Translations under genes and position numbers: made by a program
NCBI GenBank assembly: GCA_913061095.1
Contig: CAJXVM010000004.1
Span: 127,556 to 191,555 of the forward strand
DNA from: an uncultured Ignavibacteria bacterium
GTDB taxonomy: Bacteria > Bacteroidota > Ignavibacteria > SZUA-365
Length of the DNA: 64,000 nucleotides
Direction of reading: 5' to 3'
The notes under the pieces: model-generated
The model's database searches: none
Told to the model about the DNA's origin: nothing
What the model saw: only the letters and a program-made list of their open reading frames with translations
Shown: positions 56,605 to 64,000 of the stretch, piece after piece
Position numbering within the stretch: the first letter of the stretch is position 1
Layout: every line of letters begins with the position of its first letter

Positions 56605-58864
56605 ACGCATCGACACGCTGCGGGATCTGCAGCTGCCGGCTCATGCGGTGATCATCGCCGACCGGCAGCTCCCGCAGGAGTATCTCTCCCGCTTCCACGA
56701 TCCCATTCTCGTGGATGCGGGGGAATCGCTCAAGACGCTCGCGGCCGTCGAGGATCTCGCTGTCGCGGTGCTCAAGCGTCGGTCGAGCAAGCCGTTGACC
56801 CTGGTCGCATTTGGGGGAGGCAGCATCGGCGACGCGGTGGGGTTTCTCGCGAGCATTCTCTGGCGCGGGGTCGCGCTCTGGCATGTGCCGACAACGCTTC
56901 TGGCCATGGTCGATTCCGCGCACGGCGGCAAGACCGCCGTGAACCTCGGTGTCGCCAAGAATCAGCTGGGCACGTTTTATCCCGCGGAAAAAGTAGTATT
57001 CGTCTGGGAATTCCTGGCCACGCTGCCGGTGCATCAGCGGCGCGACGGCGTCGTGGAGCTTCTCAAAACCCTGTGGCTCGGCGATGCGGCCGGCAGCCGC
57101 GCCCTGCAGGCGCGCGACGTGGAAACGCTCGCGTTCGCACCGTTTGACGAGATCGCCCCGGCATTGACGCAGATGATCGATGCGGCCGTGCGCATCAAGC
57201 AGAATATTGTACACGAGGATCCACGCGAAGAGAAGGGCCTGCGCACAGTGCTGAATCTCGGGCATACGATCGGTCATGCGCTGGAACTGATTACGGGCCT
57301 CGGGCACGGAGCCGCGGTGGCCTGGGGCATGGCATCTTCGCTGGTCTTTTCCGAACGTGAAGGGATGGATGCGCCGGCGCTGCGGCACTGCCGTGAAACG
57401 CTGGCACCGCTTCTCGTACCGTTCGGCGCGATGCCCGCACGGGAGGTGCTGCGCGGCGCGATGGCACGCGATAAAAAGCGCAGTGACGATCAGCTGCGCT
57501 CCGTCGTTCTTCATGCGTTCGGCGCGCCGCATGTGCACGCCGACATCAGCGCCGATCAATGGATCGGAGCACTCGAGCAGGCCTACGACCATTTCTCCCG
57601 CTCACCGCTGCGGGTGCGTGTCGAACGCGAGCGTTCGGTGACGCTGGTCATCGACGCAAGCAAATCGGAGCTGAACCGGGCGCTGATCATCGCATCGCAG
57701 CGCATCGGTCGCACCTGCATCGTCGGGAAAAGTGAGGCGGAGGACGTCACGTTCATGCTGCGCGCCCTGCGTGGACTCGGGTATCCTGTCGAGGAGACGG
57801 CGAAGGGCTATGTGGTCGACAATCTCAACAGTGAACTCCAGCAGGATGAAGCAGGGGAGGGCCGGCGCATTTACGTGGGTGAGGGCGGCACGACACTGCG
57901 CTTCCTGCTGGCCCTGTGCGCAACGTCGGTGAAGCGCAGCAAAATCGTGGTCGCCCCTTCGCTGCTGCGCCGGCCGCATGAGCCGTTGCTCCGTGCCCTT
58001 CGCAGCGGAGGTGCGTCCATCGAACCCTTCGATGACCTTTCGGGACAGGGTTTCGTGCTGCGCGGCTGGGAGCGGATGCCGGAGGCATTCTCGGTTGAGA
58101 GTGACGCATCTTCGCAGTTCGCTTCGGCGATCGCGCTGCTGAGTGTCGGCGCGGAAGCGCCGTTCACCCTGCGCCTGCTCGGGGAGACCGTCAGTGAAAG
58201 CTATCTGCGCATGACGCTGTCGCTGCTGGAACTTGCCGGAGTTGAGCATATCCGGCACGAGGATTTGATTGCATTCAATCAGACGGAGCGCCTCAACGAA
58301 AAGCTGACGCTTGAGATGGAGCCTGATGCGAGTTCAGCCGCTGTATGGAGCGCAGCTCGTTTTCTCGGCCATCCCTGTGACCCCGGGAGAAAGGCGCGCG
58401 TGCCGCGTCAGCCCGACAGCGCCGTGGATCGCTTTCTTGCCCGGCTGCAGGAAGCGGATCGCGCGCCGCAGGACATCGATCTCTCCGAGGTGCCCGATCT
58501 GCTGCCCGTGCTGACCGTCGCCGCGCTGACGCGCAGGCATCCGGTCACCTTCACGGGGGTGTCGCATCTGCGGCACAAGGAGTCGAATCGTCTCGATGAT
58601 TTCGCGTCCTCTCTGCGTGATGTGGGCGCGAAGGTGGAAGCGAGTGCCGATGGACTGCAGGTGCGTCCCGGCACGGAGATCATGCCCGACACGCTGTTCT
58701 GTACACACGGGGATCATCGGCTGGTCATGGCCGCCGCACTGCTCGCATTTGCCGCCGCTGTTCCGTTGCGCATCGACTACGCCTGGAGCGTCAGCAAGTC
58801 CTATCCGCGTTTCTGGGACGATCTCCGCCGCGCTGGCTGGACGCTGCAGCTGCCGGAAGCCTGA
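56591..58864 (+). CDS. Bifunctional 3-dehydroquinate synthase / 3-phosphoshikimate 1-carboxyvinyltransferase (AroB-AroA fusion)
   Basis: The N-terminal part has FGGGSIGDAVGF, the GGK motif and NLGHTIGHALE (AroB). The C-terminal part has DASKSELNRALIIAS, GEGGTTLRFL and RHKESNRL (EPSP synthase). Confidence 0.8.
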   Translation: MYLIERIDTLRDLQLPAHAVIIADRQLPQEYLSRFHDPILVDAGESLKTLAAVEDLAVAVLKRRSSKPLTLVAFGGGSIGDAVGFLASILWRGVALWHVPTTLLAMVDSAHGGKTAVNLGVAKNQLGTFYPAEKVVFVWEFLATLPVHQRRDGVVELLKTLWLGDAAGSRALQARDVETLAFAPFDEIAPALTQMIDAAVRIKQNIVHEDPREEKGLRTVLNLGHTIGHALELITGLGHGAAVAWGMASSLVFSEREGMDAPALRHCRETLAPLLVPFGAMPAREVLRGAMARDKKRSDDQLRSVVLHAFGAPHVHADISADQWIGALEQAYDHFSRSPLRVRVERERSVTLVIDASKSELNRALIIASQRIGRTCIVGKSEAEDVTFMLRALRGLGYPVEETAKGYVVDNLNSELQQDEAGEGRRIYVGEGGTTLRFLLALCATSVKRSKIVVAPSLLRRPHEPLLRALRSGGASIEPFDDLSGQGFVLRGWERMPEAFSVESDASSQFASAIALLSVGAEAPFTLRLLGETVSESYLRMTLSLLELAGVEHIRHEDLIAFNQTERLNEKLTLEMEPDASSAAVWSAARFLGHPCDPGRKARVPRQPDSAVDRFLARLQEADRAPQDIDLSEVPDLLPVLTVAALTRRHPVTFTGVSHLRHKESNRLDDFASSLRDVGAKVEASADGLQVRPGTEIMPDTLFCTHGDHRLVMAAALLAFAAAVPLRIDYAWSVSKSYPRFWDDLRRAGWTLQLPEA

Positions 58865-58881
58865 ACCCGCCCGGCCGCCTT

Positions 58882-60126
58882 ATGCGCATCCTCCTGCTGA
58901 CAGACCGATACCCGGAAGATCCCCTGCACGCCGCGACGGGATGGCTGGCGTCGCATGTGCGGTCACTACGCACCTTCGCGCACGTGGATGTCGTCAGCTT
59001 TCAGCGTGTCTTCCCTCGCGTGAAAAGCATGCTGTCCCGCCGCGCGGCGGAAGGAAGCCAGCGCCCGCGCGTCTTTCCGCTCTCGCAGGTGCGTGACGAA
59101 CAGGGGGGACGCGTGTTTCTGCGCCGCGCCTTCACACTTCCGGATTCCCTATCATGGGGATTGACCACACGCCTGATTTCCCTGCAGCACGGACGCTTTC
59201 TCCACCACCTTTGCCGCGATCACCGCCCGGACATAATCGTGGTGCATTTCACCCATCCGTCCGCGGATATCGCGCTCGCAAGCGGTCGCCGATTCGGCAT
59301 CCCTGTCTGCATCGCGGCAAACGACACCCCTGCCGTTTACTCCGCGGAAGGGAAGCACCGGGCGGTACGGTGGATGCGGCGCCGGCTCAAGCATGCAGAT
59401 CAGGTGGTCACGCAGTGCGAATCGCATGCGCGGGCAGTCGCGCGTGTCATCGGGCACGATCGCATAACAATCATCCCGCTCGGGATCGATGCGCATTTCA
59501 CTCTCTCGATGTCCGCCGATCCGAAGGCGTCAGCCCCGGTTGACTCATCCTCTGCCGGAATCCAGTCCGGTCCGTTTCACTGCCTGTTCGTCGGACGTCT
59601 CGACGATCCGCTCAAGCATCTCGACGTCGTGCTTCGGGGGATCGCAGCGGCTCGGACGCAGACCGGGGCCGATATTCGCCTGACCGTTGCCGGTGACGGG
59701 ATTCTCCGCAGACATTTCGAGCGACTGGCACGCTCTCTCGGTGTCTCGGGCGCGGTGGATTTCCCCGGCTGGGTCTCCCGGGATGACCTCCCCGCGCTGT
59801 ACCGTCATCACCACCTGTTTGTCTTCCCCTCGGAAATCGAATCTTTCGGTCTCGTCTACCTTGAGGCAGCGGCTGCTGGATTGCCTGTCGTCGCGCGCGC
59901 GGGCACGGGTATCGTACCGGAACTTGGCGATTGCGGTGCCGCGCTTCGGCTAATCGACGAAAGCAGCACCACCGCCCTGAGTGCGGCGATTGTCGACTGT
60001 GTCGGGCAGTATGAAAGATTCTGCGCGAAAGCGCGTCTCGCCGTACCTGTCGTGATGAGGCGGTTTTCATGGGAGGAGCATGCGCGGCGCTGGAAGGAAC
60101 TCCTGGAGGAGACGAGCAAGGAGTAG
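58882..60126 (+). CDS. GT4 family glycosyltransferase
   Basis: The EIESFGLVYLEAAAAGLPVV (ExFG...E) GT4 motif. Confidence 0.8.
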   Translation: MRILLLTDRYPEDPLHAATGWLASHVRSLRTFAHVDVVSFQRVFPRVKSMLSRRAAEGSQRPRVFPLSQVRDEQGGRVFLRRAFTLPDSLSWGLTTRLISLQHGRFLHHLCRDHRPDIIVVHFTHPSADIALASGRRFGIPVCIAANDTPAVYSAEGKHRAVRWMRRRLKHADQVVTQCESHARAVARVIGHDRITIIPLGIDAHFTLSMSADPKASAPVDSSSAGIQSGPFHCLFVGRLDDPLKHLDVVLRGIAAARTQTGADIRLTVAGDGILRRHFERLARSLGVSGAVDFPGWVSRDDLPALYRHHHLFVFPSEIESFGLVYLEAAAAGLPVVARAGTGIVPELGDCGAALRLIDESSTTALSAAIVDCVGQYERFCAKARLAVPVVMRRFSWEEHARRWKELLEETSKE

Positions 60127-60163
60127 CCCCGAATGGTCGTCATTCCATTCATGTGCAGAACAC

Positions 60164-60203
60164 AAAAAAACCGTCATGCTTCGACAGGCTCAGCATGACG
60201 GTT
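60164..60203 (-). terminator. Intrinsic terminator of glyA (also hairpin 3' of GT4 gene)
   Basis: CCGTCATGCT-11nt-AGCATGACGG, with TTTTTTT on the minus strand. Confidence 0.65.
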
Positions 60204-60262
60204 CCTGTATAAGTGGCGGAAGATAGCCGCCGGATTTTCAACGTTGCGGGTGAGCGCTCAGC

Positions 60263-61570
60263 TCAGTCCTCCAGTTCCGTGTACAGAGGAAACTTCGAAC
60301 AGTATTCCTTAACATCCGTGCGGATGCCGTCGAGCACCGCGTCCTTGCCGATGTTGTTGATGACGCTGTCGATGGTGTCGGCGATGAAGGTCATGTCTTT
60401 CTCGCGGAAGCCGCGCGTGGTCACGGCCGCCGTCCCGATGCGGATGCCGCTGGTCACGAAGGGCGAGCGGTCATCGAAGGGAACCATGTTTTTGTTGAGC
60501 GTGATGCCGGCCTGCTCCATTGCGTTCTCGGCGTCCTTGCCGGTGACGTCCTTGTTGTGCAGGTCGATGAGCATGAGGTGGTTGTCCGTACCGCCCGAGA
60601 TCAGGTTGAATCCCTTGTCCGCGAGCAGTTTCGCGAGCGCGGCCGCGTTGGCCTGCACCTGCTTCTGATAGGTGACGAACCCGGGCGCGAGCGCCTCGCC
60701 GAAGGCGACGGCCTTCGCGGCGATGACATGCATCAGCGGCCCGCCCTGCACGCCGGGCATGACCATGCTGTCGAGCACCTCCGACATCATGCGTGTGCGA
60801 CCGGACTTGCGCGCGACGATGCCGAACGGGTTTTCCCAGTCCTTGCCCATCATCAGGATGCCGCCGCGCGGCCCGCGCAGCGTCTTGTGGGTCGTGGACG
60901 TCACGACGTGACAGTGCGGCAGTGGGTCGTTGAGCAGTTTGGCCGCGATCAGTCCGGAGGGGTGCGCGATATCCGCCCACAGCCAGGCGCCGATCCTGTC
61001 CGCGATTTCGCGAAAGGCCTTGTAGTCGATGTTCCGCGGGTACGAACTGGCGCCCACGATGATCATTTTCGGCTTCTCGCGCGTGGCCGCATCCTCGACC
61101 TGGTTCATGTCGATGGTGCCTGTTTCTTTGTCGACGCCGTACGAAACGATGTCGTACAGTTTCCCGGAGAAATTCACCGGTGATCCGTGCGTCAGGTGGC
61201 CGCCGTGCGCGAGGTCCATGCCGAGCACCTTGTCGCCCGGATTGACGAAGGTGAAATACACGGCCTGGTTGGCGGTGGCGCCGGAGTGGGGCTGCACGTT
61301 CGTGTATTCCGCCCCGAACAGCTGTGAAAGCCGCTCGCGCGCGAGGTCCTCGGCCTGGTCGACGAATTCGCAGCCGCCGTAATAGCGCTTGCCGGGATAT
61401 CCCTCCGCGTACTTGTTCGTCAGGACGCTGCCGGTGGCTTCGAGCACTGACGGACTGGCATAGTTTTCCGAGGCGATCAGCTGCAGCTTGTTGATCTGCC
61501 GTTCGACCTCGTGATGAATGATGTCATGGATTTTTGGATCGGATTGAGCTAGGTAAGACATGATGTGCAC
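60263..61570 (-). CDS. glyA: Serine hydroxymethyltransferase
   Basis: The [16 protein letters not shown]...[16 protein letters not shown]...[12 protein letters not shown] motifs, including the PLP lysine. Confidence 0.95.
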   Translation of the reverse strand: MHIMSYLAQSDPKIHDIIHHEVERQINKLQLIASENYASPSVLEATGSVLTNKYAEGYPGKRYYGGCEFVDQAEDLARERLSQLFGAEYTNVQPHSGATANQAVYFTFVNPGDKVLGMDLAHGGHLTHGSPVNFSGKLYDIVSYGVDKETGTIDMNQVEDAATREKPKMIIVGASSYPRNIDYKAFREIADRIGAWLWADIAHPSGLIAAKLLNDPLPHCHVVTSTTHKTLRGPRGGILMMGKDWENPFGIVARKSGRTRMMSEVLDSMVMPGVQGGPLMHVIAAKAVAFGEALAPGFVTYQKQVQANAAALAKLLADKGFNLISGGTDNHLMLIDLHNKDVTGKDAENAMEQAGITLNKNMVPFDDRSPFVTSGIRIGTAAVTTRGFREKDMTFIADTIDSVINNIGKDAVLDGIRTDVKEYCSKFPLYTELED

Positions 61571-61630
61571 TCTCGGGTGGTGAACAATTGCCGTGTTCGG
61601 ATTCTCAAAATACGAAATGTTGCAGGCTGG

Positions 61631-61657
61631 AAAAAAAACGGCGGGATGTACCCGCCG
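61631..61657 (-). terminator. Intrinsic terminator of T9SS-secreted protein gene
   Basis: On the minus strand CGGCGGG-tacat-CCCGCCG is followed by TTTTTTTT. Confidence 0.7.
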
Positions 61658-61682
61658 CTAGTAAGAGTTTCCGGTGTCCGTG

Positions 61683-62915
61683 TCAGCGAATAAGTGCGAT
61701 CTGCCGGTTGGCGCTGACCTGCTCTCCACCGCCGATGCCGGCGCTGAAACGCACGAAATAGACGCCCGCGGGAAGTGCTTCTCCGCTGGAAGAACGCGCA
61801 TCCCACTGGAGCACGTGGCGTCCGGCCTGGCGGGATTCACCATCGAGCAGCGTCGCGACACGCTCTCCGATGGCATTATACACATGGAGATGAACATTGC
61901 CGGGCACCGCGAGCGTGAAGGGGATGCTTGCGCCCGTACCGACCCGCACCGGGCTGGGATACGTCTGCTCCAGTCCGATAACGGAAGGCAGAATCTCCGC
62001 GGAAAGAATCTCGCTGTAGGAATGCGAGCCGTCGGTATCCACCTGTTTCAGCCGGTAAAACACGAGGTTGCCTTCCCGTTCGGCGACAGGATTGTCATCG
62101 ACGAATGTATATGTGTGCGGTTCCGTCGTTGTCCCGCGGCCGGGCACGAATCCGATGCGTTCGAAGTGTTCACCGTCACCGCGCTCGATCTCAAAACCGA
62201 GGTTCGAAGTCTCCGTCGCCGTATGCCAGCTGAGCAGCATGCTGCCGTCGGGTCGTCCGGTGACATTGAACGCGGAAAGCTCCACCGGGACGAGCAGGTT
62301 CTGCACGATGATGATCGAGTCATTCACGTTTGTCGTCAGATCGGCGCTGAAGATCGCGGTTGTCTGCTGATTCTGGATGCTCTGGAAATCCTTGGTGCCG
62401 TAGGGCTCAACGCTGAACAGTCCGAGTGTGACCGTGCCGGGAGCGGTGGGCATGATGTTCATACTGTACCGCATGATTTCGTAGTAGTCGTCATTGAGCG
62501 GATTCCCCTGACAGTCGCTCGAGGGAGTAAAATTCTGATCGTTCACCGGCAGGGCGTATGAAGGATTGCCATGATGACCGTCCTGATTGAACCATGCAGA
62601 CGCACCGAAGTTTGTGCTCCGGTAGGGATATGCCCAGGCCCCGGCGTTATAGCGCTGGGCTGCACCCTGGAAGACGAGTTTGGAGCTTGTATACGTGAAA
62701 ACGACGCTGTATCCGCCGATGGCGCCATACGGCGGGGCCCATTGATTTGACAGCGGTTTGATCTCGAACGCCGCGATCAGCGCACCGCCCTGTCCCTGAT
62801 TGCAGACGGCGCGAACACGCATGATGACATTGTCCGCGGTGATGACCTGCGCCCGTGTGCTATGGGCGAGGAGAACAAAAACAGCCACTGTCAACAGTGT
62901 ACCAATACTGCGCAT
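61683..62915 (-). CDS. Secreted protein with T9SS C-terminal sorting domain and a ~95-aa pre-CTD module shared with CDS 870..2843
   Basis: Signal peptide MRSIGTLLTVAVFVLLAHSTRAQ. The shared module runs VPVELSAFNVTG...NLGFEIER...FYRLKQVDTDGS. The CTD ends YFVRFSAGIGGGEQVSANRQIALIR. Confidence 0.6.
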   Translation of the reverse strand: MRSIGTLLTVAVFVLLAHSTRAQVITADNVIMRVRAVCNQGQGGALIAAFEIKPLSNQWAPPYGAIGGYSVVFTYTSSKLVFQGAAQRYNAGAWAYPYRSTNFGASAWFNQDGHHGNPSYALPVNDQNFTPSSDCQGNPLNDDYYEIMRYSMNIMPTAPGTVTLGLFSVEPYGTKDFQSIQNQQTTAIFSADLTTNVNDSIIIVQNLLVPVELSAFNVTGRPDGSMLLSWHTATETSNLGFEIERGDGEHFERIGFVPGRGTTTEPHTYTFVDDNPVAEREGNLVFYRLKQVDTDGSHSYSEILSAEILPSVIGLEQTYPSPVRVGTGASIPFTLAVPGNVHLHVYNAIGERVATLLDGESRQAGRHVLQWDARSSSGEALPAGVYFVRFSAGIGGGEQVSANRQIALIR

Positions 62916-63259
62916 AGAAAACCTCCGATTGACAGACAGGATCTGAGTTTTATTATATCACATTTTTCAGCCAGATGCACCCCCGCACCCGGGGAAGCCG
63001 GAAAAATGTTCTTCATGTGAGACGCATTCTGCGGACCCCTGAATTGGGGAAGTCATTCTGTCCGGACGTGGAAATAGTTCACGCGCTGTTCAGATTCTTC
63101 ACACCATTGAGAGAGTCATCCGCGCTAACTGCAGCAATTTTGGGGCTTCCTTTTTCGGCGCGATATTTGCATCGCGACACAGCAACAGGAATCGCATTGA
63201 GCAATACAGCTGACCGGGCTGTTCCGTTCAGCATTCACTCTCCAGTTTCGTGAGTGATT

Positions 63260-64000
63260 ATGCAAGAAGAGCCACTCCCCAAAGACGCAACCTCCCCTGT
63301 ATTTCTTCGTCCGCAATTTGAATTCAAGCTTCTTCGCCAGATGGGCCTTGCTGCCTACGGTGGTTCGACATTCGGGGAATGCTACGCCGTCGCACTGGAA
63401 ATGCAGGAGTGGGATCCGTTTACGTGGGCCGAAAAATGGGCTGAACTCGCTACCACCGTCGAGACCCAGGGGGATCAATCCTCCCGGGCGGGACATGAAA
63501 TCAGCGCGCGGGAGGCATACTCACGAGCCGCGAATTATTTCCATGCCGCCGAGTATTATGCGACGATCGCAGGGACAGAGTTCGTGCAGTACGGGGGAAA
63601 GTGTTCTGCCTGTTTCGAAAAGGCGATGGAACATTCACAGCATCACTGGGAGCCCGTTGATATTGAGGCTGATCATCGCGTCTATCCATGCCACTTTTTC
63701 GCGCCTGATCATTCCGGCCACAAGCGCAGGACAGTTGTTATCATCCCCGGCATCGAAAGCTGTGCGGAGGAGCAGTACTTTTACGCCGGTATCGCGGCTT
63801 TGAAACGCGGGTACAATGTCTTTGTCTTTCAGGGCCCCGGTCAGGCGGGTATGATGCGGAAGCACCCCGAGAGTTATCTGCGAAACGATTACGAAGTGCT
63901 GCTGCAGGATGTACTCGATGTTCTGTACAATCGCGAAGATGTGGATCCTGATCATATCGCGGTCATGGGCAACGGTCTCGGCGGCTATTTTGCCGCGCGC
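63260..64000 (+). CDS. Alpha/beta hydrolase (FrsA/DUF1100-like esterase), 5' partial running off window end
   Basis: Not in the ORF track, presumably because there is no stop before the window edge. The frame is open from ATG 63260 and contains FVFQGPGQAG and MGNGLGGYFAA (GxSxG-like nucleophile elbow region). Confidence 0.5.
   Translation, partial: MQEEPLPKDATSPVFLRPQFEFKLLRQMGLAAYGGSTFGECYAVALEMQEWDPFTWAEKWAELATTVETQGDQSSRAGHEISAREAYSRAANYFHAAEYYATIAGTEFVQYGGKCSACFEKAMEHSQHHWEPVDIEADHRVYPCHFFAPDHSGHKRRTVVIIPGIESCAEEQYFYAGIAALKRGYNVFVFQGPGQAGMMRKHPESYLRNDYEVLLQDVLDVLYNREDVDPDHIAVMGNGLGGYFAAR

Noticed and set aside
56576-58258. Minus-strand ORFs (338 and 218 aa) inside the AroB-AroA gene
   Set aside because: These are antisense shadows. 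The plus frame carries both enzyme signatures.

Overview
This is a high-GC (~63-65%) chromosomal segment from an FCB-group bacterium. At least five secreted proteins carry T9SS/Por C-terminal sorting domains. Sigma70-type -35/-10 boxes sit ahead of both tRNAs, which suggests a non-Bacteroidia lineage (e.g. Rhodothermaeota-, Gemmatimonadota- or Ignavibacteriota-like; inference only). The window is mostly core and accessory metabolism. It contains, in order:
- tRNA-Glu and tRNA-His.
- A T9SS-secreted LTD/OB/PLD nuclease followed by a 2022-aa thioester-containing alpha-2-macroglobulin.
- An ~11.7 kb co-directional minus-strand sugar cluster, also holding an uncharacterized GT-B-like protein, an LPG-synthase-TM/flippase-like membrane protein, an inositol-monophosphatase-family protein and a fatty-acid hydroxylase. 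It runs NeuB-like synthase, KdsC-like phosphatase, SDR, EEP phosphoesterase, class-III aminotransferase, split transketolase and cytidylyltransferase. This looks like a CMP-(amino)ulosonic-acid or glycolipid pathway that matches no textbook route, and I consider it the best candidate for an undescribed system.
- A P-type ATPase and gcvP.
- The conserved yceD-rpmF-plsX-fabHDG-acpP-fabF-rnc block.
- An nsrR(Rrf2)-napH-like-porin-nrfH-nrfA nitrite-ammonification locus with a recognisable promoter/operator.
- A VIT-VWA T9SS protein, an MgtC/DUF4010 protein, and an unusual double-HTH + (KPDGG)4 + CHAD protein flanked by a 16-bp tandem array.
- Two M16 peptidases, an AroB-AroA fusion, a GT4, glyA, and a partial alpha/beta hydrolase at the window edge.
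No CRISPR, integrase, transposase or obvious defence island was seen. Many long ORFs in the six-frame track are antisense shadows typical of high-GC DNA and were rejected.
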